Shown here: positions 32,781 through 44,869 of the stretch, piece by piece
Position numbering within the stretch: the first letter of the stretch is position 1
Layout of the letters: every line of letters begins with the position of its first letter
NCBI GenBank assembly: GCA_001643675.2
Contig: LSRY02000044.1
Coordinates: 124,001-188,000, forward strand
Direction of reading: 5' to 3'
Source of the DNA: Monocercomonoides exilis PA203
Taxonomy: Eukaryota > Protista > Preaxostyla
DNA length: 64,000 nt
The notes under the pieces: model-generated
The model's input: only the letters and a program-made list of their open reading frames with translations
The model's database searches: none
Told to the model about the DNA's origin: nothing
Made by a program: the position numbers and the translations under genes

Positions 32781-35700
32781 ATGTTCTTACAATTTATATG
32801 CTTTCTGTTTTTGTTGATAAATTCAACATTTTCAGATCGAAAAAGTTCAAGTTTTGGAGCTGTTGGCGATATTTCTCCTATTTTCCTTGCATCAAATTCT
32901 CAAAAAGATTGCAATGTTGAGTGCTCAAACCGTACCTTGAGGTGCATTTCGAATGCAAACCTTTTGTGTAGCAAAGAATGTAATTTCTCAAAAGATCCTG
33001 TTGAATGCCAGAAACGATGCGAAATGGAAGGTTAATGGATTATGTTTATATGTTCTATATAAACTTTATTTTTTTCCCATTCGTAGAACTCGAAGTATGT
33101 GGAGCAAATCTTCTGGAATGCAAAGATATTTGCAATTTTGGAAGTCAGATTAGCTGTATGGATATTCTTCTTGTATGCCAACAGAATGTCACAACCCTTT
33201 GCTCAGAAAAATGCATCAGTGTGTAATTTCATTTCAACTCTATTTATTTATTTATTTAAATTTTTTTATATTTGTTTTCAAATTGATTTTTAAATCTAAT
33301 GAATAATTTTAAAAAATGGAAAATATATTTTTGAGACGGATCTTGTGATCAATCCACGTGTATTCAGCAAACACTTCACAATTGTAGCGCTGGGTACAGT
33401 CAGTGTCTTTTTGATGACTATCTAAAGCGAGGATTTTCTTCGCAATGCTCATATGAATGCAAACAACGGTTGGATAATTGCGAAGGAAAAGCTATCTCGT
33501 TTTGTCACGACGAGTGCGTTGATCAGCTTTCATCTCAACTGAGCGACAACGTGACGGACTTAGAGAGAGCGGATTACAACAACCAGCTGCTGCAGTGCGA
33601 GCGTCGCTGTGTTGTGGTGTCGATGAAGGAGTGCGTGAATCCGTATTCCGAGTGCATGGAGTCCTGCCCATTTGAGTGCCACGATGCTTCCCACGAAGAC
33701 AAAGAAAAGGCGATTTTGAAGGCGATTGGCACATCCTTGTTTAGCCCACAGGCTGCTAATGGATCTTTCTCACTAGCTGTGAATGAGCATGTAGATGTCG
33801 ACTGCGAAATGACTTGCAAAGACGGTTTGATCTGAATTTGAATATTTGTTTCATTTAATGTTTTTTTAAAATGTAATTTGAAATAATTTTGCTGCTTTTT
33901 CACAATAAAAATTTAACGATATATGCTTATCTTCCTTTTTAATTTCTCACATAAAATTGAACAATCCATTCTCAGTGAGTGAAAGTTGCCTGAGTGAGTG
34001 TGATGACAGCTGTGCTGCTGCATGCTCCAATTCCACCAACTCAGACTCAAATAAGCCGAACAATGCGACAGCAGACGGGCTGAGTGCAGAATGTGAAGAG
34101 TGTCTGAGCAGATGCGACGGGGCGTGCACAGCAGGGCAGAGGGAGTGTCTGAAGGAATGCGACGCCGCTGCCTCGCACCGCAACATGGTCGATGCGTGCG
34201 ACAGCCAGTGCGGCGAGAACACGAAGATCTGCCTGAACTTCGCAGCGAACGACTGCTATGCGAGGTGCCAGGAGGAGAAAGAGAAGGAGGAAGAAAGTGA
34301 AGAAGGAGAAGAAGGAGAAGGAGAGGGTGAGGAAGGAAAAGGAGGAGGAGAAGAAGAAGGCGAATACCAATTGAACCTGATGGGGATGAAGACGCAGCAA
34401 AGCCAGGGTGTGAGCAGTGCATTGCGAGGGACAAGGCAGCATAAGGCGAAAAGAGGGAGGAAAAGGGCATATTTGCAGCCAGATGCCACAAATGTGTGCT
34501 TGGGGAGATGCATGGCGGAACAGACAGACATGTGCGGCAAGCTGTTTATCGGATGCCACAGCCAGTGCGAAGAAGCGATTATTCCTGCGAATGTCGAAGG
34601 AAACAGCACGAAAAATGGGTCAGTTGCAGCGAGGATGAGAGGTGTCTTTTATGGAACATACGCCTCACGGCCAGCGAGAACACAGCAGACAGCAAATGGA
34701 ATGAGCAAATTTGAAGGGAAAGGAGCTGAACAAGAAGAAGAAAGGGAAAGAGAAAAAGAGAGGGAAAGGGAAAGAGAGAGAAGCAAGCTGAGCCAGCAGA
34801 ATCAGCAGAGCCGGATGCAGATACGCGGCGAGCTGCTGCGGAGGGGTGTTGTTCAGCAGACGCAAAGCGAAGAAGAATGCCAAGCCGCATGCAACGACAC
34901 GATCACCAGCTGCAGCGCCCAGCTGCGGAATTACTGTGCGGGCGAGTGCGAAGAAAGGAGCAGGAAGAAGAAGGAGATGAAAGTGAGTGAGAAGATAAGA
35001 AGGGTGAAAGGAGGTTCTGAATCAGAAGCAGCTGAGGGAGGTGTGAATGACGAGACAGACTGTTTCATAACGTGCATTGAGCACAATCTGCCGCAATGTA
35101 CAGAAGAAGCAGGAGAATGCAGCATGTTGTGTGTTGATATGTTCAGTGAAGAGGAAAGTTTGAGAAGTGGAAAGGGAAAAAGAGAAGGAGAGGGAGAAGG
35201 AGAAAGAGAAGAAGAGAAAAGGAAGAAGAACAAAGGAAGAACGGAGGAAGAAACAGAGAAGAGAAGAGAAAGAGTGCAGAATATCAGAAAGAGAAGCGAA
35301 GAGAACAGAAGAAAGAGCGGAAAAGAGGAAAACAGCAACTCAAACCAGAAAGAAAGCGAACATACAAACGAAAGAAAGAGGCAAGCAAATGAGAGGCAAA
35401 ATGCACGCTATCCGAACCGATTTGGAAGGCAGCCTGTTTCAAGCGACTTTTCTGTTGATTCAGACGAAGACAAGGCAGATTTGTGGAAAAACGAGCAGAT
35501 GGAACAGAAAACAGAGGGAAATGAATACTCCAAGCGGTACATGACAAAAGGTGTGCAGGCAAAGAGAGCAGAGAAGGGCGAGGAGGATTATTTGGGCAAG
35601 AGATATCCTTCTTCCAGACAGGATGATCGTTATGAGCAGCGCTTTGAGAATAGGAAACGTGCTGAGGCAGCACCATCAAACAGCCATTTGAATGATGCTT

Positions 35701-38700
35701 CATCAACTTCATCACTTTCGTCGTTACCTTCCTCTGCTGCTGTTTCTTCTTCGACTCACTCGCCAAAGCACAGAAGCCAACCTCTGTCTTCTCTTCTGAA
35801 TGGAAGAAAGTTGTATGGCAGCGAAGAAGAGGAAGAGGAAGAGGAAGGAGAAGAAGTGATTGAATGCGACATGACCTGCAAAGAGAAAGACGAGCAGTGC
35901 CGAGAAGAGGCCGAAAGAGAATGTCTGAATGAACTGAAAGATCGACAGAGCAAGCACACACAAGTGAGATATCCTTCAGCCTCTGCATTTGACGGGGATG
36001 AGGCGAAGGGCGAAGCAGAAGAAGCGAGTTTTGCGCAGCTGTCGATTGAAATGAAGGACTCTGCAAAGGAATGCCTGGAAGCGAAGCTTGCGCTGTGCGA
36101 TGCGAAAAACGACAGTTGTGTTATGAAATGCCAAGTGAAGTACAAAACGAAGACGAAGACGAAGTCGAAGATCAGAATGACAATGCCAGTTGAGGTGGAA
36201 GAAGATGAAGGGAAATACATGGATGAGAAGGAAGAAGAGGGAAAAGAGGAGAAGGAAGAAGAAGAAGAAGAAGACGTGGGAAAAGCAAAGAAAGAGGAGG
36301 AAAAAGAAAAGAAAGAGGAGGAAAGAAAGAAAGAAGAAGAAGAAGAGGAGGAGGAGGAGGGTGAAGAAGAGGATGAAGAGGAAGAGGAAGAAGAAAAAGA
36401 AAAGGATAAGAAAAAGAAGATGAAGAAAGAAAAGAAGAAGGAAAAGAAAAGAGAGAAGGAAAGAAAAAGAAAAAGAAAAGAGGACGAGGAAGAGGAAGAC
36501 GCTAAAAATGAAGAAGAAGAAGAGGAAGAAGAAGAGGAAGACGGCGAAGAAGAAGAAGTTGAAGAAGAGGAACAAAAAGAAAAACCTTCCAAATCAAAGA
36601 AGCCCAAAACACCAAAACGCAAATATCGCCCTCTTTCTTCAGAATCCAACATTTCCTCTTCTTCCAGTCGCTCAACGCCGCTTCAGTCGAATCTGCCTCA
36701 GAACTCTGCGCCCAAACAGCTCGCGCTTTCCTCTCTGCAGGCGCTGCGGAAGCACAACGTTGCGCTTTCCAGGCAGCTTGCACAGATCAACGCGTCGTAT
36801 GAGGAGTGTGCTGTGGAATGCCAGCAGACGGAGCTGCAGTGTGTGGATGTGTGCCACGACGAGAGAAGAGGGCAGAGAGAGGAGCAAGACAGACAAGGAA
36901 GGCAAGGAAGACAGGGCAAGTTGAGTGTGCTTGTTCAACAGTGGCGAGACAGAAAGAATGGAGAAATGGAGCGTCATCTGCATTTGGCAGGGGATATTGA
37001 CAACGTCATAGGCAGAGGCAGGGGAAGAGACAGAGGTAGAGAAGCGAATGAATTAGCACTCAGCTCAAAGGGCAGGGCACGCGGCGAGGCGATTGGGCTT
37101 TCTGTGCGGAAGGCGGTGCTGCGGCAGTTTGGAGGCGGGGAGATTGCTGGCTGTGTGAATGGATGTGAAGAAGAGGCGCAGAGATGCAGCGACAGATGCC
37201 GAGTTACTCGGCAGGTGCTAACTGAGGATGCAATGAGGCAGGCGAACGAGACGAAAGGCGATCTGCTGGGAAACATCCGAAGGCAGCTCAAGTCTGTTTC
37301 GCGCAAAACTCCTTCGTTTTATGGCTCTGAAGGCAGCAAGAACACGATGAGTCATTCAGAACAGCTACAAAGTGTGCAGAACACGCTCTCGTTCGACCTG
37401 TCAGACGTGTTTGGAGACGAATCTGTCACAGAAAAGCTGTCGAACAGAAGACAAACAGAACGCAGAGGCAGCAAGCTATTTCAGCCAGGTGTTGCGAAGA
37501 GGAGCAGAAGAACAGCTGGAACTGGCGCGTTTGGGGTAGAAAGTGAGGTGGGAGAGAGGAATGCGACGGACGAGGCGATGAAGCTGTGTGAAGAGGAGAC
37601 AGTGGAATGTTTTTCGTCGAGTGTGGATATGGGGAATGCGTGTCTGTCTTCAGGAAGGACGAAGACGTATTGCGAAACGCTGGTTAAGAGAGGGCTGCTG
37701 GATTGCACGTCGTCGTATGAGAAGTGTATGAGCGATGCTGAGGCAGCAGAAGAGGAGAAGGAGGTGCAAAGAAGCACGAAAAGATTTGGCAGCTCGAATG
37801 AAGCAGCAGATCAACCCGCAGAAATGATCGACGATGAGCAAAATTTTGTATCTTTTGATGGTTCGTCTGATTCTCGGTGTGATGCAGCAAAGCGTGAGTG
37901 CTATTCTGAGTGCAGGCGTTTCCGGCAGCGATGCATTCAGAGACAGATGAAAAGCGGAAGAAAAGCAGAAGATTCGTACAGAGACTGCAAAGAGGCAACA
38001 GTTTATTGCAACATGGGATGCGATGAGGAGTGGAGGGAATGCGAAAATGAGATGGATGAGAATGAAGAAGAAGATGATGCAAAAGAGGAAAATGAAAATG
38101 AAAAAGCAAAAGACGAAGAGAAAAGAAATGTTATGCAAAAAACAAATGAAGCCAAGAAAGGAGAAACAAGCAGACAGAACAAAAGAGATGTCATGAGCGA
38201 TTCAACAAAAAGGAAAGCAGACGAAAAGCAAGTCAATGAAAAGGAGAAAAAAGAAGCTGAAAGAAACGGAACGGCAGATTCGTTCACCAAAGACGATATA
38301 AAAAGAATGATGAAGAACGAGCAGCCATTAAGATATCAGCAGCGTGTGGAAGCGGCAGAGAATGGAATAAAAGCGAGAAATGTGGCAATGATAAGCAGAT
38401 CTGAGAAAGGCGATAGGCAGAGCCAGCGCTATCAGCAAAAGCACTATCCAGATAGTCAAAGTACACACGAGAAGAAGATGAATGAAGAAGCTGAAAAGAA
38501 AAGAAGGGAAGAAGAAGAAGAGAAGGAAAAGAAGAAAGAGGAAGAGAAAAAAGGAGAAGAAAGAAGAAAGAAGGAAAAAGAAGAAGAGGATATTGAGAGG
38601 AAAGAAGAAAATGAAGGAATAAAGCAACGAAAAATGGGTAAATTTGCAGAAGAGGAAGTGAAGAAAGAGCAAATAAACAGAAACAGCAGAAAGATGAACC

Positions 38701-39044
38701 AAAAGGAGATTAATGACGAAGAACGTGAAAAGCAAAGAGATGCAGAATCGAAACAATTAATAGACGAATATTTGAAACAACTTGTTCACAAAAAAGTTGA
38801 AGATAGAAAGTATGAACAGCGATCAAGCAAGATTGGAGCAGAAATGAGTGAGTCACAATCCAATCAGCAAAATATAAATCCGAAAGAGAGACAAAATTTT
38901 AAATTTTGTCCGACCACAAAAGAATGCGAAAAAGGTTATAAGCGCTGTGTAGAAATGTGTCAAAAAGAATTCAGTGAGAATGACGGTTGCCTAAATGAGT
39001 GCAACAGCCTTGCAGAAGAATGCTTCGCAACAGCTTGCTCATAA
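32781..39044 (+). CDS. Large secreted Cys-rich (CxxxC) protein with Glu/Lys-rich spacers; predicted exons 32781-33030, 33087-33218, 33336-33824, 33976-39044
   Basis: Signal-peptide-like MFLQFICFLFLLINSTFS. Four consecutive CxxxC-rich reading frames are joined in phase by AT-rich GT-AG introns; the intron 2 acceptor is GAG and less certain. Confidence 0.75.
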
Positions 39045-39328
39045 TGCTCCTGTAATTTTTTTTTATTTTTTCATACAATCATGCACTTCGTTATCAACAC
39101 AAGAATGGGCAATAGTCGATTGGATCTACTCCAAAAATTTTTCACATTTTTTGACTTTCTTTTCAACAATAAAAACAAATTAATAAAAAAAGTTTAGCTT
39201 TATATCTATAAAACTGTAAAATTGGTGCTTGAAGCAATGAAAAAAGAAAAGCGAAAATCTCTTTGTGGACGTCCTTCTTGTCTTATTCATCAAAATATCA
39301 AGTTTTTCGAATTAATGAATGAAATTTC

Positions 39329-40779
39329 GGTAAATGCAGAATATATGCGTACCTAAAGAAAACACTTCATAATCGACACGACGAAAGGTGTTGCTATACT
39401 CGATCATACTATCGTATTTTTTTCTTTGCGCAAATAGCTTGTTGTATTTTTATGAATAATTTTTTTTTTGCAAATTTTGAATAAAAAAATGGTTGAAAAT
39501 ATTTTTTTATTATTTTTTATTTTCTTAAAAGTGTATGAAATTGTTAAAATGAATTAGTCATCAGACCATTCTGATGCGTCTGCTCCATCATCTGCACCGA
39601 AATCAGTATCTTCATCAGGAAGATCATCCATATCAGGGATTTCTTCCTCTTCGTTGGCCTTTTCTGGATCATTTTCGTCTTCCTCAGCAACCATTTCTTC
39701 GTTTTCAATGTTTAAATGAATTGCAGATTCTACGAGTTGATTAAAAGTCAGTAAACCCATCGAACGAACAATGAAAGATGCTATATATTGTTGGAGAAAT
39801 CTTGTTCGGATTCCAAATCTGGGAAGATATTTCCGAAAGTGTGCCCAAAAACCTTCCACTGTGTTAGTATAGACTGATTTATTTTCCGGATTGACAAAAT
39901 GTCTCTTATGGCAAACAGTTTTGTGAATAAAACCTTTTTCATCCAAATAATTACAGGCCTTCCATTTAAAGTTGAATATCGTTGTGTGAGGGGAAATGTG
40001 CTCTTTGATAGCAGCTTCAAACATTTCTCTGTTCCTTTTTGGAACTCCGACAAAAAAAGATCTTTCAAAACTTTTTTCAGATCTTTCAACTCTTCCAAAA
40101 GTCCAAACTTGTTTTTTCCTTTTTCCTTTTTTGTATTTCCTTCTTCTCCACAGCATTTCTTCAATTTCCACCTCCTTCCCCATTCCTCCAATTTTTATTG
40201 GGTTCTTGAATAGCACATCTGCACAAACTTCCCTGCAAATATTATAATAGTGTGAAACGGTGTTTCTATCCAGATATAACAAAAAACAAGTTTTCTTAAT
40301 GCTTAATTCCAGCCAAAACAGCAGAAACACATACATAATCTTATTAACTGTCGTTTTTGCCTTTGATAATGTTGTCCCTTTTAATACAGATGTTGTTTTC
40401 AGGCACTTTTTGCACTTTAGAAAATATGCTTTGTCTCTTTTGCACAATAGTTTTTTCAATTTGCAGTGTTTGCATTCCCCGGTATCAGGAAGAAGTCTAT
40501 GCTCGAAAATCCACTTCCAAGTGCGTTCCAAATTAGCAAACATGGAATTCGTGTTTGAGATCACGTCTTTTGTTTTTGGTATCTTTGACATTTATTTATT
40601 AAAGATTTTTGATCTCACACATTTTTTGAGAAAAAATTGCCAAAATTGAAAATTCCTAATTTATCAACAACTCGTTTCCGCAAGGTCAGGTTTGCACATA
40701 TGTTATGAACAATTAGTTATAAATCATTCACAAAAGTTCCAAGCTAATTTGAGAGGTTCGCGTATATTCTGCTCATGCC
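39329..40779 (-). mobile_element. Merlin / IS1595 (ISXO2-like) DNA transposon, 1451 bp
   Basis: Imperfect 26-bp TIRs (ggtaaatgcagaatatatgcgtacct vs ggcatgagcagaatatacgcgaacct, 20/26). The 8-bp TSD matches at 7/8 (gaaatttc / aaaatttc). Confidence 0.85.
39554..40591 (-). CDS. ISXO2-like (Merlin) transposase, probably catalytically dead
   Basis: Zn ribbon CKHC..CKKC, IGGMGKEVEIEE, WTFGRVER, HKTVCHKRHFVNP, TNTVEGFW. The expected VEIDE and I.SD motifs read VEIEE and IFNF. Confidence 0.85.
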   Translation of the reverse strand: MSKIPKTKDVISNTNSMFANLERTWKWIFEHRLLPDTGECKHCKLKKLLCKRDKAYFLKCKKCLKTTSVLKGTTLSKAKTTVNKIMYVFLLFWLELSIKKTCFLLYLDRNTVSHYYNICREVCADVLFKNPIKIGGMGKEVEIEEMLWRRRKYKKGKRKKQVWTFGRVERSEKSFERSFFVGVPKRNREMFEAAIKEHISPHTTIFNFKWKACNYLDEKGFIHKTVCHKRHFVNPENKSVYTNTVEGFWAHFRKYLPRFGIRTRFLQQYIASFIVRSMGLLTFNQLVESAIHLNIENEEMVAEEDENDPEKANEEEEIPDMDDLPDEDTDFGADDGADASEWSDD

Positions 40780-40934
40780 AAAATTTCTTTTATTAAATAA
40801 GAAAAAAAACGACTGTGCCTTCAGATTCTTTGGATAAAGAACTGGCAGATCACAACTTAAAGAAACATTCAGAAACTTAATTTTTTTTTTGCTGATTTTT
40901 TGTGATATAATAATAAAATATAATATTAAAAAAC

Positions 40935-40993
40935 TAAGCCTGGGTGACGTGAAGACAAAAAAAAATTGTCAAGTCCGTCACCAATTTTCCACT

Positions 40994-41026
<33 letters not shown>

Positions 41027-44000
41027 ATGTTTCATTCATGAAAGAACTATTGAAATTAGAAGTTTATAAATAAATGTCTTTTAATTATGTCTTTTTGTTA
41101 TTTTTTGTGATTGATCGAAAGATCCCATAACAATATGATTCACAAAACAAATCTAATCATTCTTTGATATATTTCAATTAAAGAACACAGATTCTCAATG
41201 GAATGGTATGAGCATTGCTACGTTCATGAATATAGTGAGATTTAATTGCTTCAATACTTTTCTTTCAACTTTTCATTTATTCAATAAGATAATCGAAAGT
41301 TGCGTTGTTTTCAAATAAAAATAGTTTCGTTAAAGCTCAGAAATTTAACGCCATCAAATAATGCAGCAGTGTGTGGCTGTTGACATTTTTGAATTCTTGT
41401 TCATTTCATTTTATTTTTTATTTAAATTAAAGTTATGTTTTTTGAACTGGAAGATTGCGATGAGGAAGATGATAAACAGAAAATCAATAAATGAACAAAG
41501 AAGAATCTAGTTCTTTTTTCACAAAAAGATATTCTCTTCGACTGAACGAAATGCTTGAAAATAAAATTGTCTTTGGAACATCCCATCACATTATAGTAGC
41601 ACAAGGGATATTGCAAAGCGATGGTAAATTTCTTGGGCACAAACCTTCTCGATATTTCTTTACAGAAAAGATTTGAAAAGAAGATTACTGAAAAAGAAAA
41701 AAAAGAATAAGCGGATGAAAAGTTAGTTGTTGTGTGCCAATGCTATCATTTGTAAATCAGCTCTTGACTGTAAATTTTTATTAGATTTGCAAACATTTTC
41801 TCTTGAAAGTTGTCTTGAACAAGAAGGAAAATAAAGATGTGCGAAAAGAAGATGAAATATCATTGTTTGCTTTGAGTTGCATTGCAGTTCATCACAGAAG
41901 AATAATTCTGTAACACTTTTGACGCAATTAAATTATCTTTTTCGGATTTCTTGATAAGAAAGTTCCAAAAGAACTGTTCTTTAAAAAGATCAAAGAGTCC
42001 ATTAAATATCATCAGGAACATAATTCCGCAACTTGTCTTGGCCATCAGTCTGTTTTGAAGTTTTTGATTTATAGATTGCTCAATGACGAAAGCTAGGAAG
42101 AAATAATTGTGAATGAACTGCATTTTACGAGAGAAGCAAGAAGTGGACTGGAATATCTAATGAAATGTGTTGATTGGAAGAGAAAGAAAGAAGAGGAAAA
42201 TGGAGGAAAAGAAACGAAAGAAGTGCATATTATCAGGAGATGGCCAAACGAGGTTAATGATTTCTTCGATTCAAGAACATTGCAGAATATCAAACTTGGT
42301 CTAATTGAAAGCATTGTTCAGGTATTTCGAGCCGCAGCGGAGAACAATGGAGAAATCAGCTTCATTTGCATTCGTTTATTATGTGAAGCAGCAAAAAATT
42401 TTTCTGTGAAAGTTGATGTTTTTCTGAAAAGTTGTGCAATTGATGCTGTTTTGGAGGAGATACAACCAACGTTGAATAAAGATAAGAAATTTAATGGATT
42501 GGAATTTTTTGGGATTGTTTCAAGAAGATTGGAAGAAAATGAGAAAGAAAAAAAGGAAGAAGAGGAAAGAAAGTCAACGAAAAAGAAAGTTTTTAAAAAG
42601 ATGGAGGAAAAAGGAAACGAAGACACGATCACAAGCTTTCATTAAATATTTGATTTTCTTGACTGAAAATATTAAAGAGAATTATCATTAGATACTTCTG
42701 AATATTTTGTGAATGTTTGAGAAAATGAGAAGATTTAAATTTCATTAAGCAAAAATTATATTTTTCAATTTTCATCAAATCACAATTCAATAAACAGAAA
42801 ATTTGTATTGGAAAAAAATCTCATCTCTTTTATTATTTTTAAATGAAGCGAAGCTAAAAAGGGGGGAAAGAAGAACAAAATCAACTTTCGGAGAGCAAAC
42901 AATTAATTATCTAGAACAATACAACAGGTGATATCAATTGAATGAATCAAACATTGGAGTGGGCAAGAAAAACAGCGGTTGTGAAAAGGCCCAATCTAAT
43001 CTTCGTTGTCCACAAGTTTGATTGAATCTTTCTCAGCCTTAGCCTTTGCAGTCACATCTGTTAAAGCAGCACCATAAGCATTGTTGTCTTTCTTTAAGAG
43101 CGCAATATAAAATATCTTCACAACATCCAATTCACGAACATCTCCATTTGCTTATTCAATCGCACAGATATTTCACAAACTATAATTCATGAAAATAAAT
43201 AAGATTATAAATTCATCAAAAGTTTCATCTTTTCTGTCTGTGCTTTTTATTTCTTTGTTTCTATTATGCAGCCTTTGGACTTCATGTCGGATTCAGGAAA
43301 AACGAAAATGTGCAAAAAAATGTGAATGAGAGAATGAAAATGACGAGGATTGGAAAGAGTTAATGGAGGTCATTTTTTTAATGAAGAATTGACTTAGATT
43401 TTAGGGGAAGTGAAACACTGGCAATGCGAATGTGCTGTGCTGGAACAGAAAGAGTGAAGAAAGGCGAATTCAATTGATCAATTTTGCTGAGTTGTAGCTT
43501 TTCTTCTGTAAATTCTTCTTCGAATGAGCACGTACGTTTCAAATAATTGAGTGCTCTTGAACATACAAAAAAATCATCTTTGTTGTTTTGCACGCAATAG
43601 AACGCATTTATATGATTTAGTGGCTATCAATATCGTCAAACTTTCTGAAAGGGAGAAACGTTCCATGTCTTGGACAAGTTTTTCATGAGTAATCAAATAA
43701 TTTCGTTTTAATTTTTTTTCTTGGCATGCTTTCATAATGCAATCACTGTAGCTCTTTCTGTACTGGTTCGTCTGCATTCAGATGATAAGAAATCTACTCA
43801 ATTCATGACAAATAATTTATTTTAAATGCTAATTATAAATATTTGTTAAAATTTCAAGAAGATCGTATGTTCACAAAAACGAAATGTTTTCATTTTAAAA
43901 AACAACAGCTTTATCCCAAATAAATAAACCTTCTTCATTATCATACTCACAAAGTTCGCGCAATAAAACGAAAATGAATTAGGATTCTTTATGTTTTTTT

Positions 44001-44438
44001 ATTCGAAGCGTATTATTTTCAAAAAAAAAGAATGATGATTGTTTAAAAAATGAAATGTGATAGTAGAAGTTCAAAATGAAAAATAACATCTCGCAATTTT
44101 TAAAAAAGTCACCTTTTGCTATTCATTTTCATTTTCTTATTTTTTTTGAATCACTGACAGGAAGTGACGTTGTGACGTCAGTGACTTCAGTGACGAATCA
44201 AAATTCCGATTACCGCTTTCACGTCAGTGAAATATACATTATGGAAATTTTGATTTGAAAGAATTTGAAAATTGTTTTTCACAAAAATAGAAATAAACAT
44301 TTTTTTTTCAATAATATTTTGAGTTTTGATAATATATATTTTAAATTTTGATTTTTTATATTGTGACGTGGATGAATTTGTTACGTCCGTCAAAAATAGA
44401 AAATGTTACGTCAGAAGTCAGTACGTCACCCAGGGTTA
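40935..44438. mobile_element. 3.5-kb non-autonomous TIR element with 8-bp TSD (hAT-like)
   Basis: taaaaaac|taagcctgggtgacgt ... acgtcacccagggtta|taaaaaac gives a 16-bp TIR (15/16) and a perfect 8-bp TSD. TGACG/CGTCA motifs cluster at both ends, and there is an internal poly(A) at ~40995-41025. Confidence 0.78.
41440..42720 (+). pseudogene. Decayed member of an expanded hypothetical-protein family, inside the 40935 element
   Basis: Residual ORFs 41491..41676 and 42109..42645 have coding-like composition with stops and frameshifts. A related remnant lies at 26.6-27.5 kb. Confidence 0.65.
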
Positions 44439-44869
44439 TAAAAAACATGCTAGGGGAGAATTTTTTGCACTAGCTGTATGTGTGATCTTTTTTGATATCA
44501 TAAAAAAGATCAAAATTAAAAAAAGAATAAAATTATGGTTTTTTTGAAAAAATGATTTTTTCACTAAATTGAAATTTATAATGATACAATTTGTCAATTA
44601 TTTTTATTCCTTCTTGATTTCAGCCTTTTCATTTTTTGAATCAATAATTTGATGAATAAGTGCATTTTTTTTTTTTGAAAATTATCAGTTTATTCATAAA
44701 AATAATAACGTGAATGAAATTTCAAATTGATAACCTGGCAACCATGAGCATATTTCAAGAATGATAAACAATTTAGAAAATTAATTTATTGGTTTGAGTC
44801 TTTTTTGTAATGGATTCTATGATCATCAGATTTGAAAGAACGGAATATCCATTCACAAGTTGAGAAATC

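Noticed and set aside
33900-38800. Long antisense Phe/Ser/Leu-rich ORFs (also at 19-21 kb and 46-48 kb)
   Set aside because: They are shadows of GAA-rich sense-strand coding sequence.
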